A stretch of 64,000 bases of DNA from Candidatus Omnitrophota bacterium (GCA_020429915.1 JAGQKV010000005.1:7125-71124), one strand, 5' to 3'; shown: positions 40,901-55,900, counted from the first letter of the stretch. A program made the numbers and translations. The notes: generated by a model from the letters alone, not told the origin.

Positions 40901-43900
40901 CCCGCATCGAGGATGAAGTTGCCGGCAACGTTGAGATCGGAACTGTTTTGGTCGAATGTTCCGGCCTGCAGATTAAATGTGCCGTTTACGTCGAGATCAA
41001 CAAACGTCCGAAAGATGGTGCCGTCATTATCGAAGTTGACATTGTAGTAAACCGCGCCCAGCACCGGAATAGTATTGTCGTCGTCACGACCGGTGTATTC
41101 AACGATATTGCCGGTGGTGGCAAAATTGACCGTACCCAAGGCTGTGAAGCCTTCTCCGCCGAGATACAGGGTTCCTTCGTTTACGAACGTGGCGCCCGAA
41201 TTGACGGTCAATGTGGCGAGCGTCCCTCCGATAGTGAGCTGATCATCCGCCCCCATAACAAAGTACCCGCCGTTGTCGACCAACAGCGAACCGACCACCG
41301 TGGTGATGTTGGCGTCTTCATCATCCAGGGTGGTCACGACTCCGTTAGCGGTGTCCGCGTCGCGGTTCTGATTGTCGACCGTGAGAATGCCGTTGCCGGA
41401 ACCCTGAACGGCGGTCTCGGTATAGACGGTCCCCGCCGCGCCGTAGTCGGTGGCGATACCGATACCGCCGTAGGCATGCATGGTCCCGGTAAAGCTCATC
41501 AGATCGGCCGAAGTTCCGGTCAAGATAACGGCGATACGTCCGCCCCCTCCGCCGGCGCGTCCCTGGGCGGATCCGTCTCCCCCGTCGGCGTCAAAGGCCC
41601 CTGCCCCGGTAAGATATCCGGTGGTCAGATAAATGCTTCCGCCGGAACCCGCAGCGGCCGTAAAGTCCAGGTTCTCCTCGCCGACCGCGCTCATCGTCCC
41701 TTCGAGGGTCGTCGTGCCGGTGACCGTCAGGATGATGGCCCCGCCCCCGCTTCCGAGTTCATGCATTCCGGAGTCATCCAATGTCCCGCTACCGATATTT
41801 ACGGGCGCGGTGATCGATCCGTAGGTGGTACACGTATTCGTCTTCGGACTATGGTCCCCGCCGCAGCCGCCGTAGGACCCGCCGTCGCGCGCGGTCGTCG
41901 GGACACCCGGCCCGAACGAACTTTCATAACCCATATAATCCACATTGATCTCACCGCCGCTCTGAACAGTCAGGCTCCCGGTAATCGTCAGGTTCAATGT
42001 ATATGTTTCCGCCTCCCGGTTCATGGTGTGCGACAACCGCCCGCCGGAGGCCACCGTCCAATGACCGGTCACCGCTGATACGCCGTCCGGATGCAACGTG
42101 TAATTCGAGATCGTATAGGCGGCCGGGAAGGTGACGAGGGTGTCGTCGATAATCGTCACATAGGATTCGGATGCCCCCGATCCGGTAATCGTATCGTTGG
42201 TAAAATCATATGTATCGTCCGCACCGATGGCCAGGTGTCCGTTGTTGCGGATAACGATTTCGGCAAAGCTGTCCAGATTGACCGACGTCGGCATCAGCGT
42301 CGTGACCTCCGCGTAGGCATCGGCGCCGTCATTATCGATAATCAACGTTCCGCCGCCGGCGATGACGGCCTCCGTTTCCAGATAAACCGTACCGGCCGCG
42401 CCGTCTTCATGCTGACCGTCGGTGGACTTGCCGCCGAACGCGTTCATCGTACCGGTCCAGCTCATGAAATCGGCGCCGCTCGCCGTCAGCACCGCGGCGA
42501 TACGACCCCCGCCACCGGAACCGCGTCCGGTAATGCCACTACCGCCGTTGGCCGTCAAGGTTCCGGTACCGGTCAGTTGTCCGGCAGTAATAAAGATACT
42601 ACCGCCTGAACCGGACCCGTCACTGCCGTCTACCCCGTCGGCCGCGATCGTCCCGTCAATTGTTGCCGTGCCGGCCACTTCGAGGATAACCGCCCCCCCG
42701 CCGGAACTTCCCGTGGCGATGATGCCGCCGCCGCTTCCGATATTGACAGGTGCCGTGATCGAACCGTACACACTGGTGTTGGCCTCGCCACCCATATTGT
42801 AATCCCCGCCACTGCCGCCGTAGGCGCCGCCGACACGGCTGCCGGCCGGTTGACCCGGTCCCTGATTGGTATCATAACCCAGCCCGGAGACGTCAATCAT
42901 GGCCAGTGATCCCAGGTTGAAGTCGCCGTCGACCAGCATGATAAACCTGTTTGTTTCGGCGGTGCTGTTGTCCAGATGCCGCAATGTCCCCGTGACGAAG
43001 AAGGCATCACCCGACAGGCCCGTAGAGTCGTCCACTTCCATGGTGCCGGTGAGCACGATCGTTCCGGTGAATCCGGTCTGGGTTTCAATTTCCCCGATCG
43101 TCAAGGTTCCGGACGGCGTGTCGATGATGTGGCCGCTCGACATGAAGAACGCCTTGTCGGTCGCGTCATCCGGATAACCGTCATCCCCGGCCGAACCGTC
43201 TCCGAAGTCCCAGTTCAGTTCATCTTCCCATGTGGCCTGATCGGAAGCCCCGGTCCACTCGTAAATGCTGCCGAAGCTGAACACAAAATGCGGCGCCGCC
43301 TCCATTGAGTCGTTATTGCTGTTGTCGATGGAATTTGCGGCCAGGATATCATTGCTCAAGGCCTCGCCGTCGCTGACGTCCAGCCACATAACCCGTTCAT
43401 CACCGAGCTGAACATCCAGGTTCCACCGTGTTCCCGGCACGGAGCTGACCAGGTTGACGCGGTCGTCGGAATCGATACCGGCCACGGTCAGATTGTTTTG
43501 GACAGCGAACGTGCTGCCGGCCTCCAAGGTTATCACCGAGTCCGTCGCGTTATTGGTCGTTTCGACCTTGCTCAGATTATAGAATGTCGTGGAACCGACC
43601 AGGCTTTGCGTCGTTCCGTCGAGCGCGAAGGTGCCGCTTTGCGCGGTGAAGGTGTCGTTGTTGATCCAGTTGCCGGCCAGATTGATATCATAGTTGGCGG
43701 CGGAGACATCCAAATCCCCGCCGGCGATCGTAAGATCATTGTTGACATCCAGAGCCGAATACAATTCAAAGGTCGTGCCGCCGCCCGGCGTATCGTCCAC
43801 AATCAGGTTGTAGAATGTTTGCAGCTCCTGAACCCCTACCGTTCCGGACTGGGCGTCCATGGTCACGGAGCCGGACTGTTCATCAAAGACCCCGCCGTGA

Positions 43901-46900
43901 TTGAGCCAGAAACCGCCGACATCGATCGCACGGTTCGCGCCGGCATCCAGCTCCCCGCTGTTGATAATCAATGTCCCGTCAACGTCCAAGTCGGCTTGAA
44001 GCGTGTACGCGCCAACCGCCGCGGCCGGCGTGGACCCCGCAGCCAAAGCCGCTATTTCCGTTGAGGACAGGGCCCGGTTGTAAATACGAACTTCATCAAT
44101 GGCGCCGTCAAAGTCGCGCGTATTGGAATTCTCATGCCGTCCGATTGCCAACGGTTCAATGGAATCCGTTAGGGCTCCGGAGGCAGCCGTCGGTCCGGCG
44201 GTCAACGTTCCATCCTGATAAAGACGGACGCTGCTCCCGTTCCACGTGCCGGCCACATGCACCCATCCGTCCGCGGTTGTTACCGGATTACCGGTAATTT
44301 GTACCTGGGCACCGCCGACATGTATCCGGAAGATCATCGCCAGCGTTGAAGCCCGGTGGATAAGCGCGTAATCATCCGCGGTGCCACCATCGGACTTATG
44401 AATGATGCGGCCCCAACCGGTTCCCGGTGCGCCGTCAACACGCACCCATGCCGCGAGCGTCAGCTCCGTCAGATCCGACAACTCGCGACTTCGCGGAATC
44501 AGGACGTAATCGGTCGTCGCCCCGAAGTCCAAGGCCTGCGGATCGCGGAACTGGATCGCGGAACTCACGGATGACGTGGCTGCCGGCGTTCCCTGCCATG
44601 TTCCATGATTGCCGTACCCGCTGGAGTCGATAGACGTCGAACCGGAGGCCTCATCGAGCTTCCAGTACCCGATCAAACCGTCATTGACGATCACATCATC
44701 GAACACGGCCCCGCCGGTTACATCAATTCCGTGGTTGTCCGTGCCGGTAAACATCACCGTGGAGCTGCTGTTGGTAAAGGTGCCGCCGCTGTGCGTGAAG
44801 GTCCCGTCGATCTCCAGAACATCGGTCGGCGCGGTGTATTGTCCGGAACTGATCGTAAGATCGCCGTCGTGGCGGAAGCGCCGTGCGTTTCCGGTAAACG
44901 TACCGCCGGTCAATGTCGTGTTGCCGACGATCGCGACCGGTTCGATGGTGGTGTCCGTACTGTAGGTCAACACGCCCGCGCTGATGTCAAAAACATTGCT
45001 GACCGGGGCATTGTCCTGCAGGGACCATGTCCCGCTGGTCGTCACATCAACATTATAGAAGGTCTGCGAACCGGACAGGATTAATCCGACCGACGGGCCC
45101 CCGTCAAACAGGACATCGCCGTTATTGGCGGTAAACTTACCGCCGTTATTCATCCAACTGTCGGCGATCGTGATGTCCCGGTCGGAACCGGTATCCAACT
45201 CGCCGGAGTTAATGGTTAACGTACCGTTGATGTCGAGATCATCCTGTAATGTATATGTCCCTGCGGATGTCGCCGGCTGATAACCATTGGCCATGGCGCG
45301 AACTTCCGCAGCCGACAAGGCACGATTGTAAATACGCACCTCATCGATCTCACCCTGGAAGCTGTTGCCGCTACCGCCGCCGCCGATACCGAGGAAGGAC
45401 GGCCCGTCGATCGGCGTCCCCGTCACACTGCTACTTAAGGCTTCCTGGGTGCCGTTGACATAAATACGCTTCGTATTGGCCGCGTCATCGAACACCGCGG
45501 CCACGTGATACCATCGGTTAGCAGTAATAACAGCGGCGGTATCCGTTGATACCGTACTGACACTGCGAATAAAGAACCGCAACGCTCCGGCGCCGGGATC
45601 ACCCAGGGAGACCGCCCAGCCGTTGCTGCCGTTATCCTTGATCACGATCCGGCGACCGGCGGTAGCGATATCCTGCGCATACATCCAGAACGACACCGAG
45701 AAGCTGGTGGTCTGATCAAGCACATCCCCCATATTGATACTGTCACCGGTCCCGTCGAAGGTCACGCTGCGCGGATTCGTAAAGGTGATGGTCTCAGCCA
45801 CATTCGTATCGGCCGTCGCATTGCCGCCCCAGGCGCCGTCGTATCCGTATCCGGAGGAATCACACGCGTCGTTGGTGCCTCCGGAACAGGTGTCGGCCGC
45901 GGCCTCATCGAGTTTCCAATATCCTACCAATCCGTCATTGAGCGTTACATTGTTAAAGGCATTGGCATTGGAGGTAATCGTCGCCGACGCGGAGGTGCCG
46001 GTGAAGAGCACCGTAGAGTCCGTAGCCGTGAAGACCCCGCCGGTGGCATCCCAGTTACCGCCCACAACGGCCGTGACCGCGCCGTCCGTACCGCTGCCTA
46101 TATCCAAGGTGCCGTTGATATCGACATTGCTGCCGATGGTCAATTCATAACCGTCGGCATCAAATGTCCCATCCGCCACGGCCAGTGAACCGTTAATGTA
46201 CAGATCGCTGACCGTCCGCACGGTGTAATCTCCGCCGGCGTTTCCGTCATTCACAGTCAGGTTGTAGAACGAATTGCTGCCCATGGTGATGGTCGCCGTT
46301 CCGGTCGTCCCGTCAAAAATGACGGTCGAGACGGACTCAGTAAAGATACCGCCGGAAGAATCCCACGGCCCGCCAAGCGTAATGGTGGTCGCCGCGTCCG
46401 TACCGCTGGTGGCATTAAGCGTACCGTTGATCGTTACAGTACCGGCGATATCCACTTCATAACCGTCGGTGATAAGGGCATCGCCCGTGTCAACGGTCAA
46501 CGTGGTAGCGCTCATGTCCGTGGTCAAAGTGGTGGTATCCGGTGACGACCCGATGACCAGCCGCCCGAGATCCTGTAGCGGGCTGGTGTTGTCAGCAAAG
46601 TACAGGTCGCCGTCAAAGGTCAGAGTACCGCTGCCGGTCGGCTTGGTAAAGGTGGTCCCGGAAGCCAAAGTAAAGTTGCCTGCGACGTTCATGTTGTTAT
46701 TGCCCTGGACAAAGAACCCGTCATCCAAATTGAACGAACCGTTAATGTCCAGAGCCGCCGTGTTGGTGAAAGTTGTTCCGGCATTGTCCGCGCGTAAATT
46801 GTAGTAGACACGATCGAGGATACTGACCCCAGCGTCATCATCCTGTCCGATATAAACCACATCGCTGCCGGTGGTGCTGAAAGAAATGTCGGTTAGATCG

Positions 46901-49900
46901 GCCACGCTGAACACCGATCCGCCCAGGTTTAACGTCCCCTCATTCACCAGCGATCCCGTGACGTCGATGGTTAACGTGGTCAGCGTGCCGCCGACGGTCA
47001 GCTCATCGTCGGAGCCGATCGTGAAGTCCGCGTTGTTCAGGATCACCAACGATCCGACCACGGTGGTGATATTCACGTCTTCGTCATCCAGGGCCGTAAT
47101 GACGTTTCCGGCAGAAGCGGTGTCCTGTCCGTTATTATCGATGATCAGGATACCGTTGCCCGTTCCCTGCGCCTCGGTTTGCCGGTACAATGTTCCGGCC
47201 GCCCCGGCGCCGTTGGCCGCCCACTGCGGACCGCCGTAGGCGTGCATCGTCCCGGTGACATCGAAGGCGCTGAAATCAGCCGATGCGCCGGTGAGGATCA
47301 CGGCAATCCGGCCGCCGCCCCCGCCGCCGCGGCTGTTGGTCCCCCCGCCCCCGTCGGCAGAAAACGCGCCGGTCCCGGTGAGAAATCCGGTGGTCAGGTA
47401 AATACTTCCCCCGGCGCCGCTTCCGTCCGCGTCGCCGAAGGCCCCGTCCGCGGCCATAGTCCCGTTGACTGTGGTGGTTCCCGAGACATTCAGGATAATA
47501 GCCCCGCCGCCGTGCGCGTAACCGAAGGTATTGATCGACCCGCCTGAACCGAAGTTTACCGGCGCGGTAATAGACCCGTAGGTACTGGATGTCGCGCCGT
47601 CGTCATCGTGATCCCCACCGCGGCCGCCATAGGCCCCGCCGTTTTCAGCAATAACCGGTGATCCCGGGCCGTAGCCGGAGGTATACCCCTTTTCACTCAC
47701 ATCGACGGCGCCGTCCGCGTTGATGACCAGGTCGCCGGCCAGCGTCATATTCAACAACCAGGTTTCCGCCGTGGCGTTTTGTGAATGGGAAAGGACACCG
47801 TCGGTTATGGTCCAGTCTCCGGTGATACTCGACAGGCCGTCCCCGTTCAGCGTGTATCCGGTCAACGTATACGGATTCGGGAACGTCACCAGGGTATCGT
47901 CGATGATGGTGATAAACGCGTCGTTTTTACCTTCGGTGGTCAGGTTCGCCGTCCCAAAGGTCAGGGTGTCATCGGCATCCACGCCGAGGTATCCGCGGTT
48001 GCGGATAACGATATCTTCAAAGTTGTTGAGATTAACGGCCGTCGGCATCAAGGTGACGACCGTTCCGGTGACCGTCAGGTCGTTGTTGTCGATAATGAGT
48101 GTTCCTTGACCGGAGGCGACATCCGGCGCTTCCAGATAAATGGTTCCGGCCGCACCGTCTTCATAATCGGCAGTGGCCTCCCCGCCATGGGCCTGCAGCG
48201 TGCCGGCTACGTTGAAGGCGCTGAAATCCGCTCCCGCGCCGGTGAGGATCACGGCGATCCGGCCGCCGCCGCCGCCCGCGCGATCGGATGCCGGAAGATT
48301 GGATCCGCCGTTGGCCGCAAGCGCTCCCGATCCCTGGAGATTATCTGCCGTAATGAAGATGGATCCACCCGACCCCGATGTCCGGCCGCCTTCACCGCCG
48401 GCGGTGATGGTCCCGTCGACGGTAACCGTACCGGCAACGGTCAAGATGACTGCCCCGCCTCCGGAACCGTCGCCGAACGAGTTCACACCGCCCGATCCGA
48501 TATTGACCGGCGCGAACAGAGAACCGTAGGTGGTTGACTCCGTTCCGTCGCGGCTGTGGTCCCCGCCGATACCGCCGTAGCCGCCGCCGTTGTCCATGGA
48601 GACCGGAGCTCCCGGACCGAAACTCATATCGTAACCCAAGGCGTCCACATTGATTTGCGCGCCGCTGGCTACGACCAAGTAACCGTCGGCCTGAATGACG
48701 ACCTTGCTGGTCTCTGTATTTGAATTATCAGGATGCGTCAAAGTTCCGGTAGCTATGGTAACGTTACCGGAAAGTCCCATCGCGTCGTCGGCTACCAGCG
48801 TACCGGTCAATGTCACCGATCCGGTGAAGTCGCTGGACATCTCAAAACTGGCCAAGGTTAACGTACCGGCCGGCGTGGTGATATCATCGGCAGAGATCAA
48901 AACCAGGGCTTCATCGAAATTGTCGTCCGGATAACCGTCGTTACCCGGAGACGCGTCGCCGAAGTCCCAGTTCGCCTGATCCGTCCATGTGGCACCGTCC
49001 CCGTTGCTGGTCCACTCATAGATGTCTCCCGGAGAAATAATCCAGTGCGGCGTCAATTCGTCGGTGTCATTATTACTGGTATCCAGCGACCGCCGCGCGA
49101 TGATATCGTTGCTGGACGTCTGCGAGTCGGTCACGTCGATGAAGCGGGCGCGCTGATCGGCATCGGTGACATCCAGCGTGAAGCGCGTACCCGGCGAGCT
49201 GCTGACCAGATTGATACGGTCGTCGTTGTCCAAACCTTGCAGGGTCAGCGTGCCGTCAACGGTAAAGACTGTTCCGGCCTCAAATGTCAGGACGGAGTCG
49301 GTGCCGTCATCGGTCGTTTCATTCTTGCTCAGATTGTAGAAGCTGGTCGTTCCCGAAATAGCCTGCAGGGTGCCGTCGAGGGTCACAGTGCCAGTCTGAG
49401 CCAGGAAGGTATCGCTGTTATCCCAGCCGCCGGCCAAATTGATCGTGTGATTATTACTGCTCGCGTCGAGCGTCCCGGCGGCGATCGTCAACGTTCCGTT
49501 AATATCGAGCGGTGAATATTGTTGCACCGTACCCGCGCCTCCCGGAGAATCATCAACCGTCACATGGTAGAAGGTTTGCGTTTCCTGTACGGTAACCGTT
49601 CCAGATTGTACGTCAAAGGTGACCGCACCGGTCTTTTCATCAAACGTCCCACCGTGATTGAACCAACTACCAGCGACATTGATACTACGGTTGTCGCCGA
49701 TGTCGAGTTCCCCGCTATTTAGTGTCAGAGTACCGTTGATATCCAGGTCCGTTTGCAACGTATAAATTCCCGTTTGGGTCGCCACCTGACCGCTGTTAGT
49801 AACGGCGGCAATCTCGGCGGCCGAAAGGACACGGTTGTAAATTCTCACCTCATCGATACGGCCATCGAAATGTTCCTGAGCACCTCCGATACCTCTTCCG

Positions 49901-52900
49901 ATTTTGACGTCGTAGTTCGTACCCAAAGTATCGGCATCAGCCCCCGAGCCATCTGGCATCCCGTTCAGATAGAAACGGACCGTCGTGCGATCGTAGGTAA
50001 CAGCCACATGATACCATTGCCCCGCGGATAAGGCGGTACTCGCTTGTATTTCTGCGGAAGTGGCATCGGTCCGGAATCCCCAATTCCCGCCGGCCCCGCC
50101 ATTGTATGTACTGGCCATAAATCGCCAATTTGTCTGATTGCCCGTGCTATTGGACCGGGTTACGATAATTTCCTCAGGATCAGCCGCTCCGTCGATATAA
50201 ATCCAAGCCATGATCGTAATCGTATCGGTTATCGCCAACGAGTCGGTCGCCCCGCAATTCAAATAATCGCCGTCAGCGTTGTCGAAGTCCAAACTTCCTG
50301 GATCAGTAAATGAAACCTCCGGAACTTCCGTGCTGGCAGTGGGACTATTTATCCAAGTACAATCATTATCGTAACCGCTATAATCGAAGGACGGCGAAAC
50401 AGACTCCGTCATTTTCCAGTAGCCCACCAGCCCGTCATTAATTATAACGTTGTGGAAACTCGTTCCTGCACTTGTATCAATTTGTCCTCCCGTCACCGTA
50501 CCGGTGAACATAACGGTCGATGTGCTGTGGGTGAACGTACCGGCAGAATGCACAAAAGATCCGGTTATCTCCAGGACATCCGTCGGCGCCGTGTACGTGC
50601 CGGCCTGGATCAACAGGTTACCGGCATGACGAAAACGGTTGGCCGTACCGGTAAACGTCCCGGCGCCTCCGCCGGTCGTAATCCGGTAAGTTCCTTCAAT
50701 AGTAACCGGTTCGATATTGGTATCGTCCGAATAAGTCAGTACACCGTCACGGCTGTCAAATATGGTGGTTATCGGGAAGTTGTCTTGCAGCGTCCATGTC
50801 CCGGCACCGTTGATCTCGGCATCATAGAAAGTTTGTGATCCGGAGAGGATCAGCGATCCGGTACCGGCACCGTCAAAGATAACATTGCCGCTGTTGGCCA
50901 CAAACGCCCCGCCGTAATTGAGCCAACTGCCGCCGACATTGACATCCCGGTCGGCACCCGTATCCAAGGCCCCGCTGTAAAACTGCAACGTTCCGTTCAC
51001 ATCCAAATTATCCTGCAATGTGTAGGTCCCCAGCGCGGAACCGGGCATGGTGCCGGCTGCCAGCAATCGTATTTCCGCGGCGGACAAGGCACGGTGATAC
51101 AGGCGCACTTCATCGATATAGCCGCCAAAATAAACGGCATTAGTGGAACTGTTGAATGTGCTTGCCTCGGAGCCATCCCCGATAAACCCGTATCTGGTCG
51201 TCCCCGTTCCCAGAGCGGTCCCAAGCGCAAAGGCATTGCTGGATTCGGCCACACCGTCTATGTAGATAATGGAGTCATTTGTAACTGTGGCATCATACAC
51301 CCCACAAACATGATGCCATTGATCATCGTTTACAGCGGAAGCGGAACATTGATCATTGACAGTCGCTCCACTGTCGGCAACGGACCACTGCACCTCTCCG
51401 TTGGCGCAAGATGTGAAGTTGATACTCAATGAGAAGTATTCGCTGCGGTCGAAGTCGATGATAGCCCCATCAGTATCCGTCGTTCGGATCCAGGCACAGG
51501 CCGTTACAGCCTCCAATTGCCCGACCTGATCGTAATTCAGATCCCGAATCGCAATATAATCAGTTCCGTCCAGGAAGATACTGCGCCGGTTATCGTATCC
51601 GATATTTTCGGCGACGGTGGTCGTCGGCGTGGGAGAACTGCTCCAGAACCCGTCGTATCCGTTTTTCGTAAGATCACAAGAGTCGTCTACACCGCCGCTG
51701 CAGGTGTTGCCCGCACTTTCTTCGAAGCGCCAGTATCCGACAAGCCCGTCATTGAATATCACATCATTAAAAGAGCTACCGTTAGACGTGATGGTTTCAT
51801 TTTCGGTAGACGTAAAAATCAATGTTCCGGTAGATGTAAATGTACCGCCGGTGGCATCCCACAACCCTCCCACCTTGACATCACCGCTTTGCATCGTGAA
51901 GGTGTCGTTGATATCCACATCATCGAGCGTAAGTTGTTTGTCGTCATCGGTAATGGCCGTTCCGTTGGCGATCGTCATGGTCGAAGTGACCGTAACCGCG
52001 GTATCCGGGAAAGTCCACGTGCCGCCGGCATTGTCGAAGGTCAAGCGGTAGTAGCCGGTGATATCGGCCGTCAATGTGCTCGTGACCGCGCCGTCATATA
52101 TCGCCAACCCGCCGATTGCCTGTGGGGTCAGGATAGAAATCGTCTCATCACCTTGGGCGATGAACGTCCCGTCGGTATCAAACGACCCTTCCAGATCCAG
52201 GTTATTCGCGTTGAGGTCCAAGGTCTTCGACAACAGGAGCCCGCCATCCACATCCAAAGTCTGCGCCATGGTCCAGCGGCCGGACACCGGATCCTGCGCT
52301 CCGGCAGCCAAGGCCTGGATTTCCTCCATCGACAATACGCGGTTGTAAATCCGGACATCATCGATAGACCCGTTCCACGCCCCTGAAGTACACGATGCGG
52401 AGTTGCAGCCGATGGCGAAGTCGTCGGTCACGGAGATGTCTTCGACCGACGAGTCTTCCGTAATATCGACCGTAGTTCCGTCGACAATAATAAAGTGATG
52501 CGTCGGCGTCCGGCCGGCCGCGATATGGTGCCAGGCCCCGTCCATCACCGTGGCGCTGGTGGCCGTATCGGTGATCGCACTGGTTTCATCAATCCGCAGG
52601 AAGAATCCTCCGCCCGAGGTATAGCGTATCTGATATCCGTTGGTAGAACGTTTATCGACAACCTTCTGCGCGTTAGTGGTATCCGAACCCTTGACCCAAA
52701 CGGAAATGGTAAAGTATTCGTTGACCCCAAAGTCGAGTTCACCTCCGCTTGGATCACCAACGTTCACCGTGGAAGTGGTTCCGTTAAAGGCATAGGCGAG
52801 CGGATCGGTGAAGCTGATTGCGCCCGGCACGGAGGCATCGGCAGCGATATTTGCCGTCGTTCCATGATTGCCATAACCGCTGCTGTCCAAGGCGGTGGCG

Positions 52901-55900
52901 GCGACTTCATCCAGCTTCCAGTATCCGACCAATCCGTCGTTGAGACTGACATTGTTAAAGACGGTGCCACCGGAGAAGTCGGGCGCTACGGAGGTCGTTC
53001 CAGCCCACACCCAAGTTCCGCCGTTATTAGTAAATGTCCCGCCGGTGTGGTTCATGGTTTCCGTCAGAACGTAATTGGTAGACGGCGCGGTGAAGGCCCC
53101 TGAAGAGATCGAGAGCTGACCGTCATGGCGGACGTCATTGGCCACCCCAGTGAAAGTCCCGCCATCCACGCTCAGACTTCCGGTCAGCAGAATCGGCAAT
53201 GGGCTGGTCGCGGTCGTCAGGGTTCCGGCGCTGATATTTCCTTCGTTATTGACGTCGATGGCGTCGTAGAGTGTCCACGTACCGCTGCCGGTTTGCTGCC
53301 ACGTGTCAAAGGCCATTGTGCCGGTTTGTATGACAAGCCCCGTCCCTGTTCCGTCCATGGTCACGGTATTGTTGTTCGTGGTGTATATACCGCCATTGTT
53401 CAACCAGCTCCCCGCGACATTGATGTTACGGTCGGATCCCGTATCGAGTTCCCCGGCATTGATAGACAGTGTTCCGTTGATGTCGAGATCATCCTGCAAC
53501 GTAAATGTTCCGGCCGCAACCTGCGGCAGGTGTCCGTTGGCCAGCCGGCGGATCTCGGCGTAAGACAGCGCCCGGTTGTAAACACGCGCCTCATCGATGT
53601 GTCCGTCCCAAAAATCATTAACTGTCGTAAAACAGCCCGCGTCCGAATCGGCTCCGATCAGCAACGGACATCCGGTAAAGCTCATCGCGACCCCGTCGGT
53701 TCCCGTCGAGGCATCAAGCACGCCGTTGATGTAGATTCTAATCGTGCTGCCCGACCGGGTCACTGCAACATGATTCCATGTGACACCGTCAGTGGTGATG
53801 GTTTGGGCAGATGTCACCCGTGAGACATTGTTGGTGTGGACAACTATCTGATTCGATGCGTTCGCCAGAATAACAAATTCGTTGTTACCGGAAGTGTCGG
53901 CATTCATGAAGATCATATCGTTGGCCGTGGCTGTATCGTGGATAACCCAAGCACTATAGGTAAAGTCTCCGGTAGGTGTATTGAACCCGGTGGCACGAAC
54001 ATATTCATTGGACCCGTTGAAATCCATACTCCGTAGACTGGTAAATCTTAACCGCGGTGGAACCACTGTGGATGGCGTGGGGGTGTTGATTTGCGTTCCA
54101 TCATATCCATACCCGCTAAAATCGTATGAGGTCGTACCGGATGTCTCATCGAATTTCCAGTATCCTGTCAAACCGTCATTCAGATACAGGTCGTTAAACG
54201 CATTGCCGTTAGACGTAATGGTCGCCGTCCCGCTAGAGGACATGATCACACTGCCCGTAGACGGAGTGAATGTTCCGCCGGTAGCATCCCAGTTCCCTCC
54301 GACCCGAATTTCACCGGCGGCCATGGTCAGCGTATCTTGAATGACCATATCATTGGAAACGGTCAGAATCTTGTCGTCGTCATTCGTCACGATCGCGTCG
54401 GCGATCGTCAGCGACCCATTGACAGTCAGATCGATATCCGGCAGCGTGAAGGTCGGATCGGACGTGCCTTCTTCGTCAAAGGTCAAATCATAGTAAGTGC
54501 TGAGCGTGGCATTGATGGTCACACTGGAGGTGCCGTCATACATGACCAAACCGGAATCGGAATCAAAGGTCCCGATTTCAAATCCTTCGGAGCCTTGCAT
54601 ACGCAAAGTCCCGTCATTGCTCAGAATTCCGTTGAGATCGAGCGTCTGGCCGTTGAGGTCCAACGTCGACCCGTTATTGATGGTCAACTGGGTGTCGACC
54701 TCCAGCTCGGTGTTGATCATCTGCAGGAAGCTGTTGTTGGTAATAACCAGGTTCGGAAAGTCGCGGGTGCTGTCATTAATAGCTGTACCCGTCCCGCCGG
54801 CGTCGATCGTCTGTACCGCACCGCCCTGGAAGGTGACAGTACCGACCATACCGAAGGATCCGGTATTCTCCCAGTTACCGTCGACTGAAATGGTGTAATT
54901 TGAGACATTCAACGTCCCCTCGATGTCCAGCGAATGCGTCTCGATGGCTCCCTGGCTGATATAAGTCTGATTCATCGGAACAAGCATTTCGATCCCCGAA
55001 CCGACCTGCAATGTATTTCCGGCGGTGACCGTGAAGATATCGGTGATATCGGTGTCGCCGTTGTCATCTCCATCGGCCATCAGCGTATTGGAATTGAAGC
55101 CCATGTTGTCGCTGCGCACGATGAGATATCCCGCGTATATGTCCACATTGGATATATCCTCATCCGAGGCGATAGTGACCGTCGCACCCTGGCTGGCTTC
55201 GTCATCGATATATAGCGTCAGCGTGTCCCCGGCATTCATCATCAACCCGGTCAAACTGTAAGTTCCGCTTCCGTCGGTATCATCGGTCGCGGCGGCGGCG
55301 GCTCCATCGATGGAGATGGCGACGGTAATGCCCGCCCCGATATTGGTCGATCCTTCGTCGGTGAATACCGTTCCGGAAATATTGACGGTCGGCGTGGTAA
55401 ACAACCATTCGGTGTTGTTGCCGGAATTCACACAGTTATTGGTACAATCGATTTCCGTGGCATTCACGTTCCAGGAATCGGTGACATCCAGATAAGAGAC
55501 GCTGCGCGTTCCCTGCGGATTAATTTCCCACTGAATGAGGCTGATTTCCGTTCCCCGCAGCGTCAGCAGCTGTCCGGCCGCGCCGTTCATGGTCATCGCG
55601 CCGGTAATGATCTGTCTTTCCATCGTTTCAAAGGTGAATGTGGCAGCCGTCGTAACGTTCTTGCGGAAATTGTTAAAGGTCGTCGAATCATAGATCGTCT
55701 GATCGCCGCCATCGAAGTCGATGGTTCCGGTCGCCGTATACGTACCGCCGGGACGCATCCAGTTTCCAGCCAGCAGGATGCTGTTACCGCCGTCGGCCAC
55801 GGTCCCACTTTCGATGGTGATCGTGCCGTTGACATCCATGTCGCTGCCGGCCGTCCACGTTCCGGAGCCGATGAATTCCAGATTGTAATATTCATCATCC

